Source of the DNA: Leucoraja erinacea | Taxonomy: Eukaryota | Assembly: GCF_028641065.1 (NCBI RefSeq) | Contig: NC_073400.1 | Span: 19,468,001-19,532,000 of the forward strand | Reading direction: 5' to 3' | DNA: 64,000 nt | Part shown: positions 36,001-62,425 of the stretch, in pieces | Position numbering within the stretch: the first letter of the stretch is position 1 | How the letters are laid out: each line of letters opens with the position of its first letter | Translations under genes and position numbers: made by a program | The notes under the pieces: generated by a model | What the model was told of the DNA's origin: nothing | Databases searched by the model: none | Seen by the model: only the letters and a program-made list of their open reading frames with translations

Positions 36001-39000
36001 CACTGATGTTTACAGCTGGGTGGAGTTGTTACAACAGGACGCTGTTGTTGAGGTGTTGTTGAGGCCGAGAGACAGTGTGAGAGAGCTGGATTAACATTAC
36101 AGCCTTAGCTCCAGAGACTCGGATTCTATCTCATCGCTAGCTGTCCACTCACCTTCAGACGGCAGTACAGAGCCGTTAACACCGTCCCATAGATGAACAG
36201 AACGGCGTCCAGGACGTAACAGATCCCGGGCTCCTGCAGTCCAGCTGCTGAGAAAGAGGTGAGTGAGGATCAGAGGATGTCGAACACAGTAGGATCCAAA
36301 TGAGAGGTACCGGGTAGCTTCCCGTCTCGTGGCGTACAAATTGACGCCAGGCATCAGCGGAGCGGTCCATTGGGAACAGCCCCATTGGGAGAGACCGTTG
36401 GTCGGTGAAGTGTAAAGTTTTTATATCTCCTTTTAATGTCTATTTGTAATTGTTTCATTTTATACGTAAGACAATCAGGGGCTGGTGTGTACGAGCAATT
36501 TACGTTTAGGTTAGCTACTGTCGGCATATTATATTATTTTGTCTATATATATTTTGCAGTATTATTTTGGACACTTGGGGGGGGGGGGGTTATTAATGCA
36601 CAGAGGGCATTGTGGACAGGGAGGGGCAGAACAGGCACAGGGGTGGAGAGCATACAGTTTTCACCAGACCGGGACGAACAGCAAGCTACAACTTGTATGC
36701 TGAATAAGGAAAACCTGGTACATTCACCTCTTTGTTTGTACAACTACTTCAATAAAGAACCAATAAATAATGACTGGAAAATCTGTTCTATTTGGTCTGC
36801 ATAAGATCATTCCTACTTACCTGTGTTAGTAATGGCAACGGGAAGTTGGACACTGGAAGAGTGGGAAAGTTGCCATTACATTTAAGCGAAAAACTAGCTC
36901 CGTGAAACTGGAGCAAGTGAAAACCTGGGAACAAGGATTGTTTTACTTCACCAGCCTGACGCCGCCATTCCCGATCAAACTGGTCACGGTCGCCACCTTC
37001 GCTAATCTGACTAACGGAGATTGGAAACCTCAAAAGCCGACGCGCAGGGAGAAGGAGCACGTACAGCATTAAGGTGTATTAGTGACGCTATATATAAGCT
37101 GTATTGGAAACCGGTTACTAAAATGGAGAATTGAGAAGTGACCTTGAGAATCAGAGCGATATCAGCCGTTTGAAATACCAGCCGCAGGCATACGGCTTTC
37201 ACATCAAGGAAACTTAAAGGGATAGTGGACAAGTATGTCTAAAGCTCAGTTACAAGATGGCGATGTTGGAAAGGATTCTGAAAAGGAAAGAAGAGTTATT
37301 AAACACAATGACAAAGGCTGGGACTTGTTCGTGGAAAAGTGTCTGGAGACCAGATACTCGATGTGTAAACAAGCTAACAAGTTAATTGAAAAGTTGAACG
37401 AGCTCATGAAATCAAAGGAGAATGAAAATGAAGTACAATCTAACCTGGTTCAATTACTCAAGCTCTATGGTCAGTGAAAACCATCAGTTATTGGGAATGT
37501 ACCACTGCCTGAAAAGGAGCCTGAAAGGTAAAATCAGTGGTTTGAACTGAAAATGGATTTTTTTTATGACTTTATACAAGATGTAAGGGTGTGGTTATCT
37601 GATATTGGACAGCAAGCTACACACCCCATAGCTGAAAGTGCCATGCAACAGTGTTGTAAACTCAGATGAAATTGGACCTGATGACAGCGTCTCAAAACCT
37701 AAATTATGCCACAAATCATGAGCATCTTCAATGGCCTCTGCTCTTATTAACGCTCAGGCAGATAGGGGCTGCTCTCTTGGACTGGGCTGCTGCCATATGG
37801 GGGGGGGGGGGGGGAGCACAAGTTTGAAGCACAAGAGGGACAGTTGAAAAGAGAGATGGGACAGTTGGAACTAGAGACCGAGCTGGCAGCAGCCAATGCA
37901 AGGATCAATATACTTTTTGCCAAGGGATCAAAAGAAACAGCTCGAGTATCTGATGGGATGAAATCTTACTTGAAAAAAAGGAACTGCTCAAAGTGATGCA
38001 TCAGCTAAATTAAATCCACGTGCAAATGAATACTTACCTGATCAATTGCAACAAAGTCAAAATGTGTTGATGGGAACTGAATCCTCCTCCCAGCAACTGG
38101 TTGTTAGACCAAAACAAACAACTCGTGGAGCATCTGTTAGAGCTCACGGTAAGACCCATCTAACTCAATATTCTCTTCATGGGCAAAATGTACAGACATA
38201 ACTGCTCTTCTGGCTCAACAAAATCTCTCTTCTACTTTAGAGACATTCCTGTTTATGATGGTGATCCTTTGCAGTGTGAAGTTTACATCGGGGCATTTGA
38301 GAGAGTAGTGAAAAGCAAAACTAATGATAAGAGTGGTTGGTTGCAATTTCTAGAGCAGTACACAAGAGGGTATGCAAAAGACCCTCTTTGAGTGGCCAAC
38401 ATTTTTGGATCATAGAAGCTAATCGAGCTTTTGCACAGAAAGCTTGATGGGAAGGCAGAAAATTACCGGACAAAAGACTAGTATTCTCTGGCGTACCATG
38501 AACCAGGTGAAGCCTGTGATCAGTCACCATATCTCAGGTTTGGAAATATCTAGTCTGGACAAAGACAATGTCATTCAACTATCTGGTGTGTTCACACACA
38601 AGACCTTGCCTGTTTCTCAGCTGAACATTCCCAGACGGGAAGAAGGATATCAAGATTCCTGAAATAGACTCATGGGGACAAATGCTTAAAAAGTATTGGA
38701 ACCTTGGGAGCTGGCCAACAGCTAAGAGAATGGACCATGCGCTGTGAAGACCCCACTGGGGTGGGTCATCTATGGTCCCCTGAGAAGAGACAACAAAAGC
38801 AGGGATGAAAATGGCTGCGCTGCTGCTGCTGTCAATCGAGTATCCATTGTAAAGCTAGAGGTGCTACTTGTCAAGCAATATAATCATGACTTCAGTGAAA
38901 GAACCAGCAAGCAAGAAATATCCAGAGAAAATGTAAAGTCCTTGGATATTACGAACCTCTCATCAAAGATGATAGATGAATTGTCTAGACTTACCTTTCA

Positions 39001-42000
39001 AACAAGAGTCAGCATGCCAAATAACTATTGTATTGCAGAGCAGCTCATCCAGAGCCTGAAACGCAGATTAGAAACACAGAAACATAGCAAATAGGTGCAG
39101 GATTAGGCCATTCGGCCCTTCGAGCCTGCACCGCCATTCAATATGATCATGGCTGATCATCCAACTCAGTATCCCGTACCTGCCTTCCCTCCATACCCCC
39201 TGATCCCTTTAGCCACAAGGGCCACATCTAACTCGCTCTTAAATATAGTCAATGAACTGGCCTCAACTACCTTCTGTGGCAGAGAGTTCCAGAGATTCAC
39301 CACTGGGTGAAAAATGTTTTTCTCATCTCTGTCCTAAAGGATTTCCCCTTTATCCTGAAGCTGTGACCCCTTGTCCTGGACTTCCCCAACATCGGGAACA
39401 ATCTTCCTGCATCTAGCCTGTCCAACCCCTTAAGAATTTTGTAAGTTTCTATAAGATCCCCCCTCAATCTCCTAAATTCTAGCGAGTACAAGCCGAGTCT
39501 ATCCAGTCTTTCTTCATATGAAAGTCCTGACTTCCCAGGAACCAGTCTGGTGAACCTTCTCTGCACTCCCTGTATGGCAATAATGTCCTTCCTCAGATTT
39601 GGAGACCAAAACTGTACGCAATACTCCAGGTGTGGTCTCACCAAGACCCTGTACAACTGCAGTAGAACCTCCCTGCTCCTATACTCAAATCCTTTTGGTC
39701 TGAATGCTAACATACCATTTGCTTTCTTCACTGCCTGCTGCACCTGCATGCCTACTTTCAATGACTGGTGTACCAGCAGGTTTGGCAAAAATAAGAAATT
39801 TCATGATGAATATACATCTTTCCTCACAGAACTTATTGACAATGGTTATGCTGAAATGGTACCAGTGGACTGGTGCATGAAGCCAGCAAGCCTTGGTCAA
39901 ATCGGATATGCACAGCAGCACCACTTTTCAGATGCCAGTGAAAGTGGCTACATTACTGTTTCATACCCAAGACTGGAAGTTAATAGCAAAGAAGTGCATG
40001 TTGCATTCATAATGGAAAAAGCCAGTGGCACCATTAAAACAAATGATGATTCTCAGAATGGAGCTTCCAGCTGCAGTCCTAACTGTCAGAGTTGACAATG
40101 CTGCGAAAGGAATTACAATTTCAACTGGACAAATCCATCTTCTGGATCAATAGCACAACGGTGCTCAAGTACATCAACAACAAAATCAAACGCTTCCAAA
40201 CATTTGTAGCTAACAAGATCTCTTTTGTAAGGGATGCTACTGATGAAGATATGTTCACATAAAGGAAAATCCTGCAGATGAAGACTCCAGAGGACTAACA
40301 GCAGACGGCTTCTTAAGCTGTAAGAAATAGATTAATGGACCAATTTCTCTGTAAGCCAGACAGAGAAAGGCCAAAGCTTCACTTGGAATCTGAAATCTCT
40401 GCTAATGATCCAGAAATCAAACAAGACATCACAATGAACATCATTGTTAAGGATCCAATGCACCCCACAAATTCTCTGATCACCTATTTCTCACCATGGA
40501 GGAGTCTGAAGACTGCTATAGCTTGGCTTCTTAAAGTAAGGAGAACACTTGCAGTTGGCTTGAAAGGGAAAGGAGATTCAGACTGCTACGAGTCATGCTA
40601 AACGATGTGAAGAAGGAAGAGAAGATTGATGAATCACTAAAGGTTAGATGGCAACACATAGTACATACCTTTTTGTTGTATATGTGTAAATTTTTATAAT
40701 TCCATATAATGTTTATTGGTAATTGCTTCGTTATATACGCAAGACAATTAGGTGTGTAGGAGCAATTTATGGTTAGGTTAGCTACTGTCGGCATATATTA
40801 TTTTGTCCAGATATATTTTGCAGTATTATTTTGGACACTTGGGGGTCGGTCATTAGATGCACAGAGGGCATTGTGGACAGGGAGGGGCAGACCAGGCACA
40901 GGGGTGGAGAGCATACAGTTTTCGCCAGACTGGGAAGAACAGCAAGCTACAACTTGTATGCAGTATAAGGAAAATCTGGTAGGTTTCATCTCTTTGTTTG
41001 TACAACTACTTCAATAAAGAACCTATTATCGAACTGAAAATAACAACTGGAAAATCTGTTCTATTTGGTCTGCGTAAGATTACTCCTACTTACCTGTGTA
41101 GTAACGGCAATGGAAAGTTGGACACTGGAAGAGTGGGAAAGTTGCCATTACAATATCCCTCAACTATTAACTGCATTAAACTCATCCACCTTATTTCGAA
41201 TGATTCTCACATTAAGGCATAAAGCTTCCAGGTTCGTTTTTCTGATCTCCCTTCTACCTTTTGCATCCGTCCTCCTTTTATGGCCCTCCGTCTCCTTGCA
41301 TTTGGTCCCATCCCCCCTCCCCCCCCCCCCCCCTGCCCCTGCCCTGTTAGTTTAAACGTGACCTTTCCCTCACTCTCTTTCCCCGTTAGCTGCATGGATA
41401 CGCTTCCATTTTTTATTTTGGGTTTACACCTAAAATTTGGTATTTTTCAAGGTGAGAGAACATTTTCCACTTGCCTGGGTGAGTGCACTTCTATCAACTC
41501 AAGAAGATTGACACCATCCAGGACAAAGCATCTCTCCATCACCCTTCCAAAACATTTCCTCCCTCTGCCCTAACATCCCTCCCTCCACCACTGGTGCACA
41601 GTGTCTGCACCATCGACAAAATGTCCCACAGGTACCCACCCAGACCATGGTAATAGAACCACACCATTTACAGTGAATTCTGACACACTCCACAGTACAA
41701 TAGTACAGCGTACAGGCATGTATCTGATCCAGAATTCTCTGTCCCTGCCTTTTCAGTCAGTATGAGGCAGCTTCGACCTGTGTCTCACCAGTGTCCTAGT
41801 AGTGTGTGAGTGGTGTACTTGTCCACTGTTCGGGTCATTGTTACCAGCAGAGCAGTTTGAGACTTCAGAGATAACATACCTCACTTGTGCTCTGGTGCAA
41901 GGTCAGAGGAAGGGGGCATGATTGTGATCACTAGCTTACTCTCGCCCTGTACTCTGTCGATCAGATAACCAGAGCTATTTAAAACTGTATTTTCACAAAA

Positions 42001-45000
42001 TGTTTAGGTAGTAATAATTTCCCAACCACTGAAGTTGTGAACATCATACGGTCACCTTCCCCTTCTACTCACCCAGCAGAAAGGCAGCCATTCAGCCCAC
42101 TGAGTTTGTGCTGGTCCTTTCCAGGAGCCTATCCCTGTCCCATGCTCCCACGCTCTCTGCTCAGCCCCTCCTCTCCACAAGACCCTGCACCCCATCCCCT
42201 CTCCAATACTGATCAACTCCCATCTTCCCCTCCTCTCTGCCACAACTAAAACCCGCTCATCTGTGGAACCGTGTTGGGAAATCCCTTGCCCATCCTTTCT
42301 GGAACTCTTGCATCTTTCCTAAAGTTAGGATTCTAGGCCTGGACACAGTTGTCTGGCTCCTGCTGCATGCAGACACGGGCTGTTCACTAGCTGAGGAGTT
42401 GTGAATGGGACGGAACATTGTGCAATCAATGATCATCCTCACTTCTGACCTTGGGATGGAAGGGCATTGATGATGCAGCTGAAAATAGTTGGGCCCAGGA
42501 CACTCCCCTGAGGGAGACAGTGACTCGTACCCTCCATTATTTTGAGGTTCAGTGTGAGCTGATGCATCTGGGGAGGTGAAACCAGACAGGGAATAGGCAA
42601 TGAACAGGCAATGAACAGCGAGCACCGAGCATTGTAAAACAGTAGAGGGAGCTTGGGTTACATCCACAGGTTCTAAAGACTAGGTTGAGAGACGTCAGTA
42701 CCCTGGATGGTGGGTAGGATCGGTGATGGGAGGATGGAGGAGGTTCTGTGACGATATAGACAGTCCATGTGAATGGGCAAGGACATGGCAGATGGAGTAC
42801 AATGCGGGAAAATGGCAGGTCACCCACTTCAAGTCAAGTCAACTTTATTTCTCACATACACATACAAGATGTGCAGTGAAATGAAAGTGTCAATTCCTGC
42901 GGATTGTGCAAAAAAACTATAGAACAAGAGTAGAACAGAATCAATATTTACATGTTAGAATTTTTTTTTTCAAGAGACACAACACAACAGTAAATTAGTA
43001 AATTAGTCCCTGGTGAGATAAGTTTACAGTCCTGATGGCCTGTGGGAAGAAACTCCGACATCCTCTCTGTTTTCACAGCATGACAGCGGAGGTGTTTGCC
43101 TGACTGTAGCAGCTGGAACAGTCCGTTGCTGCGGTGGTAGGGGTCCCCCATAATGTTGCTGGCTCTGGACCTGCACCTCCTGGTGTATAGGTCCTGTAGG
43201 AGGGGGGGGGGGGGGGAGTGTAGTTCCCATGGTGCGTTTGGCATTACTCTCTGTAAAGCCTTCCTGTCCTGGGCAGAGCTGTTCCCAAACCAGCTTGAGA
43301 TGTTGCTGGACAAGATGCTTTCTACAGCCCCAGTGTAGAAGCACTGAAGGATCCTCAGAGAGACTCTGAATTTGCTCAGCTGCCTGAGGTGGTAAAGGCT
43401 CTGCGTTGCCTAATGCCCCTGTCCCACTTAGGAAACCTGAACGGAAACCTCTGGAGACTTTGCACCCCACCCAAGGTTTCCGTGCGGTTCCCGGAGGTTT
43501 TTGTCAGTCTCCCTACCGGTTTCCACAAACTGCAACCTCCGGCAACCACCTGCAACCTCCATGAACCACAAGGAAACCTTGGGTGGGGAGCAAAGTCTCC
43601 AGAGGTTTCCGTTCAGGTTTCCTAAGCGGGATAGGGGCATTACTCACCTGTGTTTCAGCGTGTGTTGTCCATGTCAGATCATCTGTGATGTGGACTCCCA
43701 GGTATTTAAAGCAGCTCACCCTATCCACAGTTGTCCCATTCGGACTATTCCTATTCCTTTCTATTCCTTCCAACCCATACTGTGGTGGAAGGAATAGAAA
43801 GCCGGGGCACTTTTGTTGTGATGGACAGAGACGAGACGGTGTTGTTGTGGAGAGGGACATGGGAGTCCCTGGACACCACTCACTAGACAATCCCCCACAG
43901 GAAGACCAGCAGTCAGGAAGGAGACTGTCCGTGGGCCTTCACTGCGAGAGGGTTTGAATCAATGACTCGATGGGGCAGATGTGAGGATGGCTGTGCCTTG
44001 GCTGGGGTGTCTAGAGACACCTCAGAGTGAGGGGTAGAGATGGGAGAAATGTTTTCACCCAGAGTGGAGAATTCATGGAATTCCTTCCCTGATGGGCTTT
44101 GGGGACTCGGACAACTGTCCTGGGGCAACTGAATATTAAAGCCTTGCAATTGTGCTTCAGTTGTGTCAGGAATTGGTGACACTTGCACAGTGTCAGTCTC
44201 TATATAATGAGATGGGCCCCTCTCCCAGCTCATGGCCTTGGGGAACGTTGCCCCAACAGTAACTGGGGCTCAGACCATGCAGCTTCTGGAGGCTGGGCCA
44301 GCTCGGGTATGAGAGCGGCCGGGCCCATCTTTCACACACGCTCGCTATCACCATCTCTCCCCCATTTTGCAACAGGAAGAGAGACTGAAACCAAAATAAG
44401 ATCAGACGGCCATTTTAATCAGGGCTTTTGATCACCATGTCTCGACAGAAACAGCACAGGGAGAATTCAATCACCGTTTGGCAATTGCTAGACTCTCCCA
44501 TCCCACCAACTATTCCCTGTCAAGGCAGGTGTAGCAGCAAAACCCTCAGGCACACCATGTACACACCCCAAAATATGACAACGATTCACTCAATTCCAAG
44601 AGCAGCCTCTCCCAATTTTATTATCCTCAGCAATGCTCGGTACGAATATCGCCCTCAACCCAGTCCCTGTACAACAGTCAGATAGTGATGAACACAAACC
44701 ACCCTGCCTGCAACCTAACCAGTACAGATGCAGCGGCTGGAAGGGGTGATGGGTAGAGAGGGCAGAAGGGTAGAGAGGCTCACAGAAACAGGAAGGGGTG
44801 TAGGGGCCAGAGGCGGGGAAGGGATTAGAGTCTGTAGGGGCTTACAGGGACATAGAAGGATGTCGGGGCTGGAGGGGGTTACAGGGATAGGGAAAGGTGT
44901 AGGGGCTGTAACAGGTTACAGGGATACGGCAGGGTGTACGAGCTGGACAGGGTTACGGGGACAGGAGTGTAGGAGGTTACAGCAATAGGGCAGGGTGTTG

Positions 45001-45350
45001 GGGCTGAACGGGGGTTACAGGGGCAGGGAAGGCTGTAGGGGGTTACAGCAATAGGGCAGGGTTACAGGGACAGGGAAGGCTGCAGGGGCTGGAGAGGGAT
45101 ACAGGGGCAGGGAAGGCAGTAGGGGCTGGCGTGTGTTGTGGAGGGCTGTAGCAGAGTACTGATGGGGTAGATTTTGGATGTCTGGGCTCAGGGCTGGACG
45201 GAACGCAAAGTGGCCCTCAGTACATCCCACGGCTCAGTGCTAGTCGGCAAACATGAGGTGTCGGGGGAGGGGTGACCACAGGTCCCAGGACATGTCCGAC
45301 TTACCAGCTGCGGAGTGGAAGAGAAAGACGAGGGCAAGAACAGCCTTCAT
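32935..45350 (-). CDS. FCER1G: Fc receptor common gamma chain (FcR-gamma), complete 5-exon CDS: 45350-45305, 36247-36153, 35592-35554, 33595-33575, 33000-32935
   Basis: Spliced product of 88 aa: [88 protein letters not shown]. It has a signal peptide, a CYxLD transmembrane segment with the conserved Asp, and an ITAM (YTGL-x7-YESL). All introns are GT-AG; Kozak context CCACCATG; lies directly downstream of NDUFS2 as in mammals. Confidence 0.96.
33575..33595 (-). CDS. FCER1G: FCER1G exon 4 (21-nt microexon, first ITAM Tyr)
   Basis: cttctctccccacag-QEESIYT-gtatgg. Confidence 0.9.
33704..35051 (-). mobile_element. 5'-truncated CR1 LINE in FCER1G intron 3
   Basis: RT motifs ([29 protein letters not shown]) with frameshifts; CR1 tail at 33704. 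Confidence 0.92.
35554..35592 (-). CDS. FCER1G: FCER1G exon 3
   Basis: 39 nt, [15 protein letters not shown] acceptor and GTGAGG donor. Confidence 0.9.
36153..36247 (-). CDS. FCER1G: FCER1G exon 2 (short ectodomain and transmembrane segment)
   Basis: [30 protein letters not shown]; CAGCAG acceptor, GTGAGT donor. Confidence 0.96.
36411..41152 (+). mobile_element. Decayed BEL/Pao LTR retrotransposon in FCER1G intron 1; LTRs 36411-36880 and 40685-41152
   Basis: Two ~470-bp direct repeats TGTAAA...GCCATTACA. Internal gag/pol remnants typical of BEL/Pao ([26 protein letters not shown], NPADxxSRG), with many stops. TSD not recognisable. Confidence 0.85.
39069..39775 (-). mobile_element. CR1 3' fragment nested in the BEL/Pao element
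   Basis: ORF 39297-39788 encodes the CR1 RT C-terminus; tail at ~39070; the pol text resumes at ~39776. Confidence 0.9.
42830..43740 (-). mobile_element. Rex/L2-like LINE 3' fragment
   Basis: [30 protein letters not shown] motifs; (GACTT)n tail. Confidence 0.65.
43411..43642. mobile_element. Palindromic MITE with long TIRs, inserted in the LINE fragment
   Basis: TAATGCCCCTGTCCCACTTAGGAAACCTGAACGGAAACCTCTGGAGACTTTGC... is mirrored at the other end for ~70 bp; TA-flanked. Confidence 0.85.
44780..45125. repeat. Degenerate minisatellite (GGGGTTACAGGGACAGGGAAGGCTGTAG-like)
   Basis: Tandem GTTACAGGG/GGGCTG units. Confidence 0.7.
45305..45350 (-). CDS. FCER1G: FCER1G exon 1 (signal peptide)
   Basis: [23 protein letters not shown], phase-1 donor GTAAGT. 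Confidence 0.9.
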
Positions 45351-45419
45351 GGTGGAGCGAGCAGCCGGGCGCAATGGAAGAGTCCGCACGTTCTGCCTGC
45401 TGGGCTGGCCGTCTGTGAG

Positions 45420-45492
45420 GAGGAAGTAAGACTGGAGAGCCCAAACAGAGATGCGGTCAAAGAGTCACCGACTTCCCAGAGCACAGGAAGTG
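45420..45492. promoter_or_regulatory. Cluster of ETS cores in the FCER1G proximal promoter/5' region
   Basis: GAGGAAGT (45420), ACTTCCC (~45471) and ACAGGAAGTG (45483), 70-140 nt upstream of the ATG. Confidence 0.5.
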
Positions 45493-45714
45493 GCGCAAGA
45501 TAGGGGTGGGTTGGGCAGGGAGATGGACAGGGTTGAGACATAATGAGGGGGGGGGGGGGGGGGGGGGGGAGAGAGAGAAAGAGGGGGGGAGAAGAAGAGG
45601 GGGGGGAGAGAGGGGAGGAGAGGGGAGAAGAGAAGAGGAGAGGAGAGGGGATGGGGAGTGCGGGAGAGAGAGAGACGTTTCAACTCTTGATTTGAGTTCA
45701 GAAAGATAGATCCA

Positions 45715-45848
45715 NNNNNNNNNNNNNNNNNNNNNNNNNNNNNNNNNNNNNNNNNNNNNNNNNNNNNNNNNNNNNNNNNNNNNNNNNNNNNNNNNNNNNN
45801 NNNNNNNNNNNNNNNNNNNNNNNNNNNNNNNNNNNNNNNNNNNNNNNN
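45715..45848. other. Assembly gap (N run)
   Basis: 134 N bases. Confidence 1.
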
Positions 45849-46239
45849 AGGAGGGAAGAGCTAGCTAGTTGGGGGTGTTGGGGGGAGGGGAAGAGTGGGA
45901 GGGAGAATGAGATAAGTGGAAGCTAGGATGGAGGGGGAGAGTTGGGGGGGAGGCCAGGAGCAGGAGGGATAAGAGGACATGATGGGAAATTGGGGAGGGG
46001 TGGGGATGCTGGGGAGAGGTGTTCGGAAGGGCTGAGCATTTTGGATAGATCCCTGCTGAATTGTCTCCCACAATAATGGGCAGTGCAAATCTCATAATGT
46101 AACTCCACTGCCTGCAACCACAGGTGGCGATGGCCCTGCAATTAAACAGCTCCATTCCTACAACTAGCAGCCCCACCACTACGGGCCTTTGAGGTCACTC
46201 CCCACGGAGAGATGATGTGAACGAGCTTGAGCAATTCCA

Positions 46240-46245
46240 TTTATT
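46240..46245 (-). terminator. Probable NDUFS2 polyadenylation signal
   Basis: AATAAA on the minus strand ~120 nt after the stop codon. Confidence 0.65.
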
Positions 46246-46365
46246 AATCCAATGTTACATTGAGGAACATACACACTGAGCAAAGGGTGGCAGGGAGGGG
46301 AATAGCCCCGTCTGCCCTCCGGGGGAGCGAGAGACGATTGCGCAGCTGGGCTCCTGGAGTGTGCG

Positions 46366-61110
<14,745 letters not shown>

Positions 61111-61482
61111 CTGTTGGCCGGAGAGTGGAGGAGATAAAGGAAGGGGAGGTGATGAACAATAGATCACTTGGCTACTCGTTCCTGCTGCCCCATTCAGTGA
61201 GACCACAGCTGATCTTTTCCCTCAGCCCCACTCTCCCTCACTAACCCCACGTCCCTCAATTTTGTAACATCCCAAACCCCAACGATCTGTCCTAAATTGC
61301 CTCTGTGACCGAGTCCCCACAGCCTCAGTTGAATTCCAAAGACCCCCCTGTGTGGGGTGGGGGGGGGGAGGAAAGAGACATTTCTCCTCGTCTCTGCCCT
61401 GAACAGCCGACCCCTCACTCTGAGACAGGGACCCCCCCCCCCGTTCCAGACACGGGAAACAACCTCCCCACCCCCTTCCTGT

Positions 61483-62425
61483 ATCTCCAAGTTTGCGGAT
61501 GACACTAAGCTGGGGGGCAGTGTTAGCTGTGAGGAGAATGCTAGGAGACTGCAAGGTGACTTGGATAGGCTGGGTGAGTGGGCAAATGTTTGGCAGATGC
61601 AGTATAATGTGGATAAATGTGAGGTTATCCATTTTGGTGGCAAAAACGGGAAAGCAGACTATTACCTAAATGGTGGCCGATTGGGAAAGGGGGAGATGCA
61701 GCGAGACCTGGGTGTCATGGTACACCAGTCATTGAAGGTAGGCATGCAGGTGCAGCAGGCAGTAAAGAAAGCGAATGGTATGTTAGCTTTCATTGCAAAA
61801 GGATTTGAGTATAGGAGCAGGGAGGTTCTACTGCAGTTGTACAGGGTCTTGGTGAGACCACACCTGGAGTATTGCGTACAGTTTTGGTCTCCAAATCTGA
61901 GGAAGGACATTATTGCCATAGAGGGAGTGCAGAGACGGTTCACCAGACTGATTCCTGGGATGTCAGGACTGTCTTATGAAGAAAGACTGGATAGACTTGG
62001 TTTATACTCTCTAGAATTTAGAAGATTGAGAGGGGATCTTATAGAAACTTACAAAATTCTTACGGGGTTGGACAGGCTAGATGCAGGAAGATTGTTCCCG
62101 ATGTTGGGGAAGTCCAGGACAAGGGGTCACAGCTTAAGGATAAGGGGGAAATCCTTTAAAACCGAGATGAGAAGAACTTTTTTCACACAGAGAGTGGTGA
62201 ATCTCTGGAACTCTCTGCCACAGAGGGTAGTTGAGGCCAGTTCATTGGCTATATTTAAGAGGGAGTTAGATGTGGCCCTTGTGGCTAAGGGAATCAGGGG
62301 GTATGGAGAGAAGGCAGGTACGGGATACTGAGTTGGATGATCAGCCACGATCATATTGAATGGCGGTGCAGGCTCGAAGGGCCAAATGGCCTACTCCTGC
62401 ACCTAATTTCTATGTTTCTATGTTT
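61483..62425 (+). mobile_element. 5'-truncated young CR1
   Basis: Uninterrupted RT C-terminus from KFADD to GTGY*, plus tail; nearly identical to 59205-60126. Confidence 0.93.

Noticed and set aside
41935-41970. 14-nt AG...GTAAG microexon candidate in FCER1G intron 1
   Set aside because: It would break the frame between exons 1 and 2, which already join correctly.
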